Counted from the stretch's first letter, positions 1-10,544 are shown. The stretch is DNA of 64,000 nucleotides from an uncultured bacterium (GCA_963827235.1 CAWHAE010000010.1:320001-384000), one strand, 5' to 3'. The notes: generated by a model not told the origin, from the sequence alone. Numbers and translations: made by a program.

Positions 1-191
1 ACGAGAGCACGCGGCAGGTGTGCCTCCGCTCTGGACAGGCATCGGCTCGGACGGTAGGTCGAGTGCTCTGGCCGTGACGCAGAGTTCAGCCAGGATAGTC
101 GATACTCGCGCCAAGTCGCGGACTGTTCGCAGGCTCGGCTCAAGCTAGCTCCTCGCCAGTCGGACCAGCATGAGTGTTGCGGAGGGTGGAC

Positions 192-1136
192 ATGGCTGGG
201 CTCAACCCTAGTCGACGAGTACGCCAAGTGCCCACCGGCGCAGATGACGGGGCAGTGGGAGCGCTGGCACGTCGGGATGCTATTACCGGCTTGGTCTTCC
301 TTACTCCGAATCTGATCGGGCTCTTCCTGTTCGGCGTATTCCCCCTCATCTTCGTGGCGTTCATCAGCTTCACCCGATGGAGCGACTTCAGCCAGGCGCC
401 GCACTGGATCGGCCTGGCTAACTATGGCTCGCTCAAAGACGATCCCATGTTTTGGAACGCCATCTGGCGAACCGTCGAATTCGTCATGCTTGTCATCCCG
501 CTGCAAACGCTGGTCTCAATCCTGATGGCCATCGCACTCAATCAGCGCTTGCCGTGGATGAGGCTCTACCGGCCGCTGTTCGTAATCCCCTGGATCACGA
601 CGCCCGTGGTAGTCGGCTTCATGTGGAGATGGCTCTACCAGAATGATTTCGGCCTGATTAATACGGTGCTCACCGACATCGGCTTGCCAAGCCCGGACTG
701 GCTTACCGACGACTTCTGGACGCCGCTCTCCATTGTAATCGTGACGGTATGGCAATTCGCCGGCTACAACATGCTCTTCCTTCTCGCGGGGCTGCAAGGC
801 ATACCGGATCACCTGTATGAAGCCGCGGCGATTGATGGGGCTACCGGATTTCGGCAGCATATCCACGTTACCCTGCCGATGCTCAAGCCGGTGATTTACT
901 TCACGATTGTCACGTCCGTTATCGGGTCCTTCCAGATATTCGACGTGGTATACAACCTGTTCGCCGGCCAACCACCCGACTCGGTTCGGGTGTACTACTT
1001 CTACCTCTACCAAAAAGCGTTTGTCTACAGCGGCACCATGGGCAGTGCCTGTGCCATGGCCGTCGTCCTGTTCGTCATACTGGTGGGCGTTACATTGCTC
1101 CAGGCGAGGGTATACGGCGAGAACGACATTGTGTGA
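192..1136 (+). CDS. Carbohydrate ABC transporter permease (MalF/UgpA-like)
   Basis: Multiple TM segments; EAA loop 'LYEAAAIDGA'. ATG 192 follows GGAGG at 181 (ORF track starts at 174). Confidence 0.92.
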   Translation: MAGLNPSRRVRQVPTGADDGAVGALARRDAITGLVFLTPNLIGLFLFGVFPLIFVAFISFTRWSDFSQAPHWIGLANYGSLKDDPMFWNAIWRTVEFVMLVIPLQTLVSILMAIALNQRLPWMRLYRPLFVIPWITTPVVVGFMWRWLYQNDFGLINTVLTDIGLPSPDWLTDDFWTPLSIVIVTVWQFAGYNMLFLLAGLQGIPDHLYEAAAIDGATGFRQHIHVTLPMLKPVIYFTIVTSVIGSFQIFDVVYNLFAGQPPDSVRVYYFYLYQKAFVYSGTMGSACAMAVVLFVILVGVTLLQARVYGENDIV

Positions 1137-1229
1137 GGCGCACGGGTGCATGTTCCGGCGGACCAGCCCTGCCGGGGTGTCGTGCAGCCGCGGCCTGATA
1201 ACCGCCTGTTGTGGGATCGAGGAGCCGCG

Positions 1230-2153
1230 ATGGCAATGGATGGCAGTGCTGACGTCCTGACGAGCGTCACGGCGGAGATGCGGGCTGCGCACCGTCGTTA
1301 CAGAAACCGGAGGCGGCTCGTCCGTTTTGGACGGAACACGATCATCTACGTCGTGATGACCGTTGCGGCACTGGTCTGTCTGGTGCCGTTCATCTGGATG
1401 CTGCTGTCGTCGTTCAAGGACTCCAACGCGATCTTTGACATCCCGCCTGACTGGCTGCCGCCGAGCCCGACCATACAGTCCTACTTGAATGCCTGGAACA
1501 GCTACCCGCAGGACGGTGGCATGTTCGGCCAGTGGTATGTCAACACGGTGCTTCTGGCATCGGTGTGGACGATTGCCAACGTCCTGTTCTGTTCGTTGGC
1601 CGGCTACACGTTTGCCCGCATCCGCTTTCGCGGGCGCGACACGATATTCATGGGCTATCTCGGCACGCTGATGATCCCGCCCATCGTGACGATCATTCCC
1701 CAGTACATCATGGTCAGCAAGCTGGGCTGGGTAGACAGCTACCAGGGCATCCTGTTACCGGGCCTGCTCGGCAACGTGTACGGTACGTTCCTGATGCGCC
1801 AGTTCTTCAGCACGCTGCCCGCCGAGCTGGATGAGTCCGCGCGTATTGACGGAGCCGGCCGGCTGCGTATCTTCTTCCAGATCGCCGTGCCGCTGTCGCT
1901 GCCCGGCGTCGCCACGCTCGCTGTGATCACCTTTGTCAACAGCTGGAACAACTTCCTCTGGCCGCTGCTGGTGACCAATAGCGAAGGCAAGAAGCTGATC
2001 ACGGTTGGCTTGCTAGACTTCTTCGGCCAATCCAATACCAACTGGGCAGATGTGATGGCCGGATCAACACTCGCCGTGTTGCCGCTGGTAGTGCTGTTCT
2101 TTTTGATGCAGCGCTTCATCGTGCAGGGTATCCAGTTCACCGGGCTGAAGTAG
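1230..2153 (+). CDS. Carbohydrate ABC transporter permease (MalG-like)
   Basis: 'ELDESARIDGAG' and 'SWNNFLWPL' motifs. Start placed at ATG 1230 after GGAG (ORF track starts at 1146). Confidence 0.92.
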   Translation: MAMDGSADVLTSVTAEMRAAHRRYRNRRRLVRFGRNTIIYVVMTVAALVCLVPFIWMLLSSFKDSNAIFDIPPDWLPPSPTIQSYLNAWNSYPQDGGMFGQWYVNTVLLASVWTIANVLFCSLAGYTFARIRFRGRDTIFMGYLGTLMIPPIVTIIPQYIMVSKLGWVDSYQGILLPGLLGNVYGTFLMRQFFSTLPAELDESARIDGAGRLRIFFQIAVPLSLPGVATLAVITFVNSWNNFLWPLLVTNSEGKKLITVGLLDFFGQSNTNWADVMAGSTLAVLPLVVLFFLMQRFIVQGIQFTGLK

Positions 2154-2318
2154 GACTGCCCTGCCGCGGTCACGCGGGCTGGCGCGACGCGGGCTCGGAT
2201 ACGCCGGCGGCAGCGGAATACTGCCCGCGGAGAGAAGGGAGGGGGTGGTAGATCGCCGTATCGGTACTGAACGTGAGTTGTCACTAATGGTAATGACAGA
2301 GGTTCATGACCCAACAGT

Positions 2319-3758
2319 GTGACGGAGAAACATCTGATGTCCAACCCCGAAGATCGTGACCAGCGTGAGCTGACACCCGACCCCGAGAAGGAAGCGTGGC
2401 GCCGCCGTTCCAATCGGCGCGAGTTCCTGAAGAAGAGTGGCGTCGTGCTGGCTACCAGTGCCGGTGTACTGGGCAGCCAGGGCTGGGTCGGGCCGCGAGG
2501 CGTGGAAGCAGCGAACACGGTGAACCTGCGCTACACGCTCTGGGATCCCAACCAAGAGCCGTACATGAAGCAGGCGATCAAGCAGTTCACCGACGTCAAT
2601 CCCAACATCAAAGTCTCGGTTGAGCAGTACGACTGGAACCACTACTGGACGAAGATTCAGACCGAGACTGCCGGCAGGAACGCCGCCGACATCCAGTGGG
2701 CACACGTGTCCTGGTGGCCGGGCTGGATGGCGCAAGGCGGCTACTATCTGAACCTGAGCAAGTACATCACACGAGACAAAATCGATCTCGGCATGTACTT
2801 CCCGCAGCTCGTAAACATGTGGAAGGTAAACGGTCAGGAAACGTCTCTGCCCAAAGACTGGGATACCATCTGCGTGTACTACAACAAGAGTCTGCTCTCG
2901 AAGGCAGGCCTGCCCGAGCCGCCCTCCAACTGGTCCTGGAATGCCAAGGATGGTGGCGACTACATGAAGTACATTCTGAAGCTGACAGTCGACAGCAGCG
3001 GGAAGACCGCGGCGGACAGCGGCTTCAACTCCGGCAAGGTCAAGCAGTACGGCATCGATTCCTGGAACACAATTCAGGAGTGCTGGTTGAACTTCGTCTG
3101 GATGAACGGCGGCAGCGGCCTGCTCAAGGGGCCATACAGCAACGTGGTTACGATTGATGAGCCGGAGGCCATTGCGACGTTCCAGTGGCTGCACGACTTG
3201 AACTTCACCTACCATGCATCGCCTCCGGCACAGATCTTCGTCACCGAGAATGGCGAAGAGCCGATGTTCGCAAACCAGAAGATGGCCATGGCCACCAAGG
3301 GCTCCTGGAACAACAATTTCTTCTCCACGTCGATAAAGAATTTCAACTGGGGTGCGGCCTACTTGCCCACCGGTCCGGCGGGCCGTATCAGTACCTTCAA
3401 CGGCTTGTCGCACGTCGTCGCCGCCAGCACACAGCACCCGGAGGAGGCATGGCAGCTGGCCAAGCACATGGACAGCGTGCAGGCTCAAACGCTTATCACC
3501 AGCGCAGGCGTCGTATTCCCATCCATCAAGTCGTTGACCGGTGACTACGTCAAGGCGTTCAACGGCCGAAATCCCACGGGCGTCCAGCACTTTGTCGACG
3601 AGACGGCGCATACCCTGCCGTGGCCGGTGCATCCCAAGTGGACCCAGATCTTCGACGCGGTCAACACCTCGTTGAACACGTTCTGGAATACTTCCGGTGC
3701 GAAGGCGAGTGACGCCATACCGGCACTCGGGAAGAAGCTTCGCTCGATCGTCGCCTAA
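2319..3758 (+). CDS. Sugar ABC transporter substrate-binding protein with Tat signal
   Basis: Twin-arginine 'NRREFLK'; family-1 SBP patterns 'YWTKIQTETAG..AADI' and 'VYYNKSLLSKAGL'; follows two permeases. Confidence 0.9.
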   Translation: MTEKHLMSNPEDRDQRELTPDPEKEAWRRRSNRREFLKKSGVVLATSAGVLGSQGWVGPRGVEAANTVNLRYTLWDPNQEPYMKQAIKQFTDVNPNIKVSVEQYDWNHYWTKIQTETAGRNAADIQWAHVSWWPGWMAQGGYYLNLSKYITRDKIDLGMYFPQLVNMWKVNGQETSLPKDWDTICVYYNKSLLSKAGLPEPPSNWSWNAKDGGDYMKYILKLTVDSSGKTAADSGFNSGKVKQYGIDSWNTIQECWLNFVWMNGGSGLLKGPYSNVVTIDEPEAIATFQWLHDLNFTYHASPPAQIFVTENGEEPMFANQKMAMATKGSWNNNFFSTSIKNFNWGAAYLPTGPAGRISTFNGLSHVVAASTQHPEEAWQLAKHMDSVQAQTLITSAGVVFPSIKSLTGDYVKAFNGRNPTGVQHFVDETAHTLPWPVHPKWTQIFDAVNTSLNTFWNTSGAKASDAIPALGKKLRSIVA

Positions 3759-3778
3759 CATACACTGCCGACTCTACC

Positions 3779-3819
3779 CAGGGGGCAGGGTTCGTGGGGG
3801 TTCACGGACCCGCCCCCTG
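3779..3819 (+). terminator. GC-rich stem-loop after the SBP gene
   Basis: CAGGGGGCAGGGTTCGTG...CACGGACCCGCCCCCTG imperfect inverted repeat about 20 nt after the stop; no U-tract. Confidence 0.55.
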
Positions 3820-3975
3820 TGCGGATACTCTAGATAGATCAACTGCGGTATTCAGCGATGAGGCGGTACATGTCGCCCAGCATGTTGTGCTAAGTCTGCC
3901 GTACCGGAGATTGGCCAGGACGCCGGTGTGCCGCGAGTGCATGACAGCCTGAGGCTTAAGGAGCACTTATTCAGC

Positions 3976-5583
3976 ATGGGTAAGCTGTTGGTCCACGATC
4001 AAGAAGCACGAGAGGCATTGCAACGCGGTATCAACACGCTGACGCGCGCGGTGCGGAGCACGCTCGGGCCTAAAGGCTGCAACGTCGCGCTCGGCAAAGC
4101 GGGCGGACCACCACTCATAACACATGATGGCGTAACGGTTGCCGAGGACATCGACCTCAAGGACGTGCTCGAGAACATGGGCGCTCAGCTGCTGAAGGAA
4201 GCGGCGAGCAAGACGAACGAAGCAGCCGGAGACGGCACTACCACGGCCACCGTGCTGGCCAACTCTCTCGTCAATGAAGGCTTGCGGGCGGTCGCGGCAG
4301 GCGCCGACCCAGTGATCCTCAAGCAGGGAATCGCCGCGGCCACCGCCGCTGTGGTTCAGCACGTCCGCGAGCACAGCAGGCCAGTGGCGGAGCAGAGCGG
4401 CATCGCGGAAATTGCCAGTATTTCGTCCGCGGATCGGGCCATCGGAGCATTGATCGCAGAGGTGCTGCAGAGGGTGGGCGCCGACGGGACTATTACCGTG
4501 GAGGCCGGCAATCGAACGAGCACGGAGGTCAGGTACGTGGAAGGCATGGAGATCGAACAAGGGTTCGTCTCCGCGCACTTCATCACCGATGCGGAGCGGC
4601 GCCAAGCGGTGATCGAAAACCCCCTGGTCTTTGTTACGGATCGAAGACTCACCACTATCGACGATGTGGCGCCACTGCTGGAGATATTGGTCACGGCGGA
4701 CAGGCGAGATGTGCTCATCGTCGCCGACGACGTCATCGGCGATGCCCTTGCCACTCTGGTGGCAAATACGGTGCGTGGCGTGATCCGGTCAGTAGCGATC
4801 AAGGCTCCGTTTCTCGGCGAGAGGCGTTTCGACATACTCATGGACATTGCCACGCTCACGGGCGCTGAGCTGTACAGCACATTGAGCGGCCGCCAGCTCG
4901 ACTATCTCGCCTTCCGCGACCTTGGCTCGGCCACACGCATCATGTCGAATGCGGATACGACCGTGATCGTGGGCGGTGGCGGCTCGGCGGACGCAATACG
5001 CTCCCGGATCAACGCGCTCAAAGTCCAGCTCAGCACGGCAACTAACTTCCACGTGCGCGAACGACTTGAGCAGCGAATCGGCAAGCTGTCCGGCGGCGTG
5101 GCGGTCATTCACGTCGGGGCTTCCAGTGAGGTTGAGATTAAGGAGAAGAAGGCCCGGATAGAAGATGCCCTTGCCGCCGCCCGCGCTGCGGCGGCAGAAG
5201 GCGTCGTTCCCGGCGGTGGAGTGGCCTTGCTCAATGCCACCGCGGCCCTGGACCACCTGGATGCAGAAGGGGATGCCAGGATCGGTGTGAGTCTGCTGCG
5301 CCGTGCCTTGGAGGAGCCGGCGCGCCAGATCGCGCTGAACGGAGGAGGAGACGGGTCCGTAGTCGTAGACGCTATCCGAGCACGACAGGCCGCCGCCCAA
5401 AACAATAACATTGGCTACAACACTATCACCGACGCGTACGAGGATCTTATGGACTCAGGTGTCATAGATTCCGCAAAGGTCACGCGCATAGCCCTGGAGA
5501 ACGCCTCGAGCATCGCGCAGATGGTGCTGACCACGGAGACGCTTGTCGCCGAATGCCGGGGAGCAGCCGGGGCTAGGCCATAG
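3976..5583 (+). CDS. groEL: Chaperonin GroEL paralog (divergent, no adjacent groES)
   Basis: 'TLGPKG', 'ITHDGVTVA', 'GDGTTTATVLA', 'KLSGGVAVI', 'RIEDA', 'VVPGGG'. ATG 3976 (MGKLL) follows AAGGAG. Confidence 0.93.
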   Translation: MGKLLVHDQEAREALQRGINTLTRAVRSTLGPKGCNVALGKAGGPPLITHDGVTVAEDIDLKDVLENMGAQLLKEAASKTNEAAGDGTTTATVLANSLVNEGLRAVAAGADPVILKQGIAAATAAVVQHVREHSRPVAEQSGIAEIASISSADRAIGALIAEVLQRVGADGTITVEAGNRTSTEVRYVEGMEIEQGFVSAHFITDAERRQAVIENPLVFVTDRRLTTIDDVAPLLEILVTADRRDVLIVADDVIGDALATLVANTVRGVIRSVAIKAPFLGERRFDILMDIATLTGAELYSTLSGRQLDYLAFRDLGSATRIMSNADTTVIVGGGGSADAIRSRINALKVQLSTATNFHVRERLEQRIGKLSGGVAVIHVGASSEVEIKEKKARIEDALAAARAAAAEGVVPGGGVALLNATAALDHLDAEGDARIGVSLLRRALEEPARQIALNGGGDGSVVVDAIRARQAAAQNNNIGYNTITDAYEDLMDSGVIDSAKVTRIALENASSIAQMVLTTETLVAECRGAAGARP

Positions 5584-5660
5584 GGCCTCGCAACGTCGGT
5601 GCCGGCCCACGGGCGTGGTCCACAGCAATGCACACCGGCCGATTGGCAGGACGGAAGAGG

Positions 5661-6707
5661 GTGGGACTGGTGGTCACCAGCAACGATGTCGCGCGTCTGG
5701 CGGGAGTCTCCCGAGCCACCGTATCCCGTGTGCTCAACGGCTCGGAGCATACGAGCGCTGAAGCGCGCAAGCGTGTAGGGGAGGCAATTGCGCAGACCGG
5801 CTACGTGCCGGACGCTACCGCCCGCAGCCTCGTCGGGCAGCGCTCGCACACGATTGCGCTCAGTCTCTTCTCCACTGACGCGCAGCATATGCTCTCGTAC
5901 TTCGCCCGAGCTTCCAATTTCTTTTACCACGATTTGCTCGGCAGCGTCGAAGCGGAAGCTTCCGAATCCGGTTATGACATCCTGCTCATGCCGCGTAAGC
6001 ACGACTCGGCCGCCAGCTTCGTACTCGCCGTACGTGCCCGCCGTATCCTCGGCGTGATCATGATGGGGCCAGACCTGTCGGACGAGCGTATCGCCGCCCT
6101 GGGAGAGTCGGGCATACCTACCGTGTGCGTCGACGCACGCGTGCAGGGACCGCGCATGACCTACGTCGAAACGGACAAAATCAGCGGCGCCCAGCAGGCA
6201 ACCTCCCACCTGCTCGACCTCGGCCACCGACGCATCTCCTTCATGGGCGGCCCTAGTGACTCGGTCAATAGCGGCCAGCGGGAGCTCGGCTATCAGCAGG
6301 CCTTCGTCCAGCGTGGGTTGCCCTTCGACGCGTCGCTGGTTCGTCACGCGGGCTATGAGACCGAGGACGGGTATGTCAGCGCCACGAAGCTTCTCTCTGA
6401 GCGCACTGATTTCACTGCCATCGTGGCAGTGAGCGACATGGTAGCGATTGGCGTGCTGCGAGCCTTGTACGATCGCGGCCTGCGGGTGCCCGACGACATG
6501 TCTGTGACGGGATTCGACGACAACATCCTGGCTGGCTACACCATTCCGCCCCTTACCACCGTACGTCAGGACACGCTCATTCTGGGCAAGGGAATCGTGT
6601 CGCGGCTGCGCACCGTCATCGAAGGAGTAGTTGGGCCTCTGCCCCTGATCGTGCCCACCCGGTTGGTCGTGCGGCAGTCAACAGGTCCGCCGCGGGCGCT
6701 CGAGTAG
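5661..6707 (+). CDS. LacI family transcriptional regulator
   Basis: HTH 'DVARLAGVSRATVSRVLN'; C-terminal 'DMSVTGFDD..PLTTVRQ'. Start GTG 5661 or 5670. Confidence 0.93.
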   Translation: MGLVVTSNDVARLAGVSRATVSRVLNGSEHTSAEARKRVGEAIAQTGYVPDATARSLVGQRSHTIALSLFSTDAQHMLSYFARASNFFYHDLLGSVEAEASESGYDILLMPRKHDSAASFVLAVRARRILGVIMMGPDLSDERIAALGESGIPTVCVDARVQGPRMTYVETDKISGAQQATSHLLDLGHRRISFMGGPSDSVNSGQRELGYQQAFVQRGLPFDASLVRHAGYETEDGYVSATKLLSERTDFTAIVAVSDMVAIGVLRALYDRGLRVPDDMSVTGFDDNILAGYTIPPLTTVRQDTLILGKGIVSRLRTVIEGVVGPLPLIVPTRLVVRQSTGPPRALE

Positions 6708-6856
6708 GCGGTCCTTGCTGGATAGTCGCGGCAGGCACGCCGCTCGCCCTGGAGCGAGGCTGCGTGCTCGCGGGGTTCGGCCGTGCCACCGCTGAGCGTT
6801 TGCCTGCTGGCTCGGGTGTGACCGGCCATCGGAACGAGGAGCAAGGAGGTGGCCGG

Positions 6857-8290
6857 TTGCGATCGAGGTTGCAAGCTGCAATTCTTCGACACGGTTCCGC
6901 CCAATGGACAGTGCTTGGCCTGTGCATCGCGATCGGCTTGGCTGCGCGATTGGCGATCTATCACGTCGAAACTGACGACTACAAGTACTTTGTAAGCCGC
7001 TGGTACGAGTTCATATCACAGAACGGCGGATTCCACGCGCTCAAGTACGACCTTTCCAATTACAATCCGCCCTATCTCTATCTCCTCGCCCTGGCAACAT
7101 ATCTACCCCTCTCGGAGCTGGTCGCGATCAAGTCGATCTCTGTTATATTCGATGTCCTACTTGCCTTCTTCACCTACCGGATTCTCAGCCTGAAGTACAG
7201 GCAGAGAGCAGTACCTATCTTCGGCGCCGTGGTCGCATTCCTGGCCCCAACAGTGATCATCAACGGCGCGGCTTGGGGTCAGTGCGATGCCATCTACACG
7301 GCCTTCTGCCTGGGCAGTCTCTACTTCATGCTTCTCGAGAGACCTGTGTGGGCCTGCATCTTCTTTGGCCTGGCGGTCTCATTCAAGCTGCAGGCGATCT
7401 TCTTCTTGCCGGTGCTGGCAGTGCTGCTGCTGCGCGACAGGAAATCGGCACTCTCCGTCGTCTTCGTTCCGCTCACGTGCGCTGTGCTGCTGCTTCCGGC
7501 AATTGCTGAGGGGCGGGACGTTCAGAGCTTGCTGCGCATCTACGTAGATCAAGTGGAAACCGGCGGTATGACGCCAGTGAGCATGCCGCGAACCGCGCAG
7601 CCGCCGGGGCCAGCAAGCAACTTGTACCACTTGAAGAGCAAGTCACTCGTCGGTACGCGCCCCGGCGATGCACTTGGCCGACCGCCCAGCACCAGATTTG
7701 GCGTAGGAAGGCCTCCAGGTGCTGGACCTGAATTCCCGCCCTTCGGTGTCCGCGACGCTGGCGCCGGAGGAGGATCATATCACTTCCCGCCGTCGGCGTT
7801 CACGTTCAACGCGCCGTCGTTCTACCAGTGGATCCCGATCGACTGGCCCGCCTACTGGAAGTGGATTGGCGTAACGCTGGCCGGGCTCTACACCGTTGCT
7901 CTTGGTGCCATTGCCTTCTTGAACAGGAACAGACTCAGGCGCGACATCATCATCACAGCGGCACTGCTGTCGGTCGTGGCGATACCGTTCTTGCTTCCAA
8001 AGATGCACGAGCGGTACTTCTACACCGCCGACGTCCTCTCGATAACCTTTGCATTCTACTTTCCACGCTACTTCTTAACGGCCGCTATCATGCAGCTTTC
8101 GTCGCTGCTAAGCTACGCACCCTACTTCTTCAATCACGATGCGCCTCCAGCGTATCTCCCCTTCGTCTCGCTTGCCGTGCTCCTCCTCATCTTCGTTCTG
8201 GTGATCAAGCTGCTGACATCCCTGTACCCTGATCGCCTTGCTTTGATCCGTCCGCGCCCGCGACTACGAAAGCGGTTAACATGGCCGTGA
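6857..8290 (+). CDS. Polytopic membrane glycosyltransferase (GT-C, GT87/DUF2029-like)
   Basis: 'NYNPPYLY', 'WGQCDAIY', 'FKLQA', 'PKMHERYFY' and many TM segments. TTG 6857 follows AAGGAGG. Confidence 0.75.
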   Translation: MRSRLQAAILRHGSAQWTVLGLCIAIGLAARLAIYHVETDDYKYFVSRWYEFISQNGGFHALKYDLSNYNPPYLYLLALATYLPLSELVAIKSISVIFDVLLAFFTYRILSLKYRQRAVPIFGAVVAFLAPTVIINGAAWGQCDAIYTAFCLGSLYFMLLERPVWACIFFGLAVSFKLQAIFFLPVLAVLLLRDRKSALSVVFVPLTCAVLLLPAIAEGRDVQSLLRIYVDQVETGGMTPVSMPRTAQPPGPASNLYHLKSKSLVGTRPGDALGRPPSTRFGVGRPPGAGPEFPPFGVRDAGAGGGSYHFPPSAFTFNAPSFYQWIPIDWPAYWKWIGVTLAGLYTVALGAIAFLNRNRLRRDIIITAALLSVVAIPFLLPKMHERYFYTADVLSITFAFYFPRYFLTAAIMQLSSLLSYAPYFFNHDAPPAYLPFVSLAVLLLIFVLVIKLLTSLYPDRLALIRPRPRLRKRLTWP

Positions 8291-8348
8291 TGCTGTGGGC
8301 GCGGGCGGTTAGCTCGCGGCGGACACCGCAAGAAAGGATGCCCGTGGC

Positions 8349-10544
8349 ATGATCGTGCACATGATCGGCAACTCCCACATCGACCCGGTGTGGCTCTGGA
8401 CCTGGCCGGCTGGGGTCGACGAAGCTCTGGCGACATTCCGCGCTGCCGCGGACCGCTGCGATGAGTATCCGGAATTCGTCTTCACTCGTGGAGAAGCCTG
8501 GCTCTACCGGCAGGTCCAGATGCTGGACCCGGTGCTCTTCGAGCGTGTTCGGTCGCTGGTGGCTCGCGGGCAATGGCACGTTACCGGCGGCCAGGTTGTG
8601 CAGCCGGATCTGAACGTGCCCACCGAGGCCGGCCTGCGCAGACAGTTCCTGCATGGCTTGCGCTATTTCGAAGCGACATTCGGCGTGCGGCCAACAATCG
8701 GGTACAACGTGGATTCGTTCGGCCACCCAGGGACACTGCCCGACATTCTCGCGTCCGCGGGTTTCACCGGCTATGTATTCGGGCGACCCACGAGTGCGGA
8801 CATGCCGCTGCCTGCAATCACCTTCCGATGGCGCGGCTCGGGCGGGACCGAGATTCTTGCTTCGCGCATCACTCCCTGGTACCTAACACGCTACGACGAT
8901 CTCAGTTCTGCGATTCACGATGCGGTCGCGGCCGCTGATAGTGACCTTGGGCACGTCATGTGCTTCTTCGGCGTGGGTAATCACGGTGGGGGACCTACCA
9001 AGGGACAGATCGAGTACATCCTCCGGCACCGCCACGCCTTCGACGGCGTTGAGCTGCGGTTCAGCACGCCCGCGGCGTTCTTCCAGGCAGTCGCACCGCT
9101 GCGCGATCGGATTCCCCTGATCACGACGGACCTGCAGCTGACGCCACCCGGCGTATACAGCCTGATGCAGGACATCAAGCAGGAGCAGCGGCGCGGCGAG
9201 CACCTGCTCGCGCAGTGCGACAGGTTGATCGAGCAATTGGCCGGCGATGATGCGGCCCAAGCGACTCTCCGTTGTAGGCTGGACGCGGCCTGGGAGGATC
9301 TGGTTTTCACGCAGTTCCACGACATTCTGGGCGGGTCATCGATTCCGTCCGCATGGAGAGCCACGCGCGCCACCCAAGGCAGAGCGCGGATGACCGGCGA
9401 GGAGATAGCGACGGAGGTGACCAGACGATGGGCACGCCGGGACCTGCCTCCCGTGAACAATCAGCAGATCGTCGTCTACAACCCGGACAGCGAGCAGTGG
9501 ACGGGTATCGTGGAGGCGGAGCCATGGCTTGACTTTGAGTACTGGGGGGAGCGCTGGCTGTCCGACATGGACGGTCACCAAATCCCGTGGCAGCTTGTGC
9601 AGGCAGAATCGCCGCAGTTGGTGCCGGGCATCCTATTTCCTGCCAGGCTCGAGCCCGCCGGCCACACACTCGTCCAGATCCGCTCGGAAGTGCGATCCGA
9701 AGTAGAATACATGTCCTCTGATCTGCATGCCTCCACGACGTCGATGAGTAATAGCCAGATTGAGATGACCCTCGGTCCCGCCGGCCTGCAGGCAATCCGT
9801 GTCAAGGGTCTGGAGATGCTCGCCGGCGAGGGTATGGCGCTAGAGATGCGCGAAGACCTGACCGATTGTTGGAGCTTCGGCGCCGGCAGCTACCGGGACC
9901 CGGTGGTTGGGGCGCTCAGGACCGACGGCGAGTGGGTTGTGGCCGAACGAGGACCGTTGCGCGCACGCGCCTTTGTGGAAGGCTGGATCGGCAGTTCGAG
10001 GGTACGCTGGACCGTCTCGCTTCCGCGCGATAGCGCCCAATTCCTCATGGAGCTGGAAGTGCTGTTTGCCGAACGCAATCGCGCCCTCCAACTCAAGGTG
10101 CCACTTGCCTGGCAGCCGTCTCGCTGGGTCACCGGACTGCCGGGCGGGCAAATGGGGCGTGACTCGGGAGCCCGTGAGTGGCCCATGCACGCCTGGGCGC
10201 GCTCGGCGGGCGTAGAGCAGCGCGTTGCCGTGGTTAGTCACGATTGCTATAGCGCCAGTCTGGAAGACGGGTGCTGGCGGTTCACGCTGTTGCGGAGTCC
10301 GCGGATGGCGAATCTACAGGGCAGCTGGGAATCCGAGGTGCCTGAGCCCAACTCGCAGCGCGCGTGGCATACCGACCAGGGCAACCACACGTTTGCGTTC
10401 ATCGTGCTCTGCGGTGGCGACCTATCGGACCAGTTCCTGCAGCGCACGGCACGGCAGACGGCACAGCCGCCCATCGTCTTCAACCGCTATGAAGGTCTGG
10501 ACCGGCCCCCGTGGGGCAGTGTGCCGCCCAAGCACCTGCGCTAA
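8349..10544 (+). CDS. Alpha-mannosidase, glycoside hydrolase family 38
   Basis: Zn motif 'NSHIDPVWLW', nucleophile 'VDSFGH', 'GVGNHGGGP', 'QFHDILGGS', 'TLLRS'. Confidence 0.9.
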   Translation: MIVHMIGNSHIDPVWLWTWPAGVDEALATFRAAADRCDEYPEFVFTRGEAWLYRQVQMLDPVLFERVRSLVARGQWHVTGGQVVQPDLNVPTEAGLRRQFLHGLRYFEATFGVRPTIGYNVDSFGHPGTLPDILASAGFTGYVFGRPTSADMPLPAITFRWRGSGGTEILASRITPWYLTRYDDLSSAIHDAVAAADSDLGHVMCFFGVGNHGGGPTKGQIEYILRHRHAFDGVELRFSTPAAFFQAVAPLRDRIPLITTDLQLTPPGVYSLMQDIKQEQRRGEHLLAQCDRLIEQLAGDDAAQATLRCRLDAAWEDLVFTQFHDILGGSSIPSAWRATRATQGRARMTGEEIATEVTRRWARRDLPPVNNQQIVVYNPDSEQWTGIVEAEPWLDFEYWGERWLSDMDGHQIPWQLVQAESPQLVPGILFPARLEPAGHTLVQIRSEVRSEVEYMSSDLHASTTSMSNSQIEMTLGPAGLQAIRVKGLEMLAGEGMALEMREDLTDCWSFGAGSYRDPVVGALRTDGEWVVAERGPLRARAFVEGWIGSSRVRWTVSLPRDSAQFLMELEVLFAERNRALQLKVPLAWQPSRWVTGLPGGQMGRDSGAREWPMHAWARSAGVEQRVAVVSHDCYSASLEDGCWRFTLLRSPRMANLQGSWESEVPEPNSQRAWHTDQGNHTFAFIVLCGGDLSDQFLQRTARQTAQPPIVFNRYEGLDRPPWGSVPPKHLR

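Noticed and set aside
2304-3761. Long antisense or alternate-frame ORFs here and across the window (e.g. 12864-14069, 53494-54630)
   Set aside because: These are shadow ORFs of real genes caused by high GC and codon bias; they carry no motifs or RBS.
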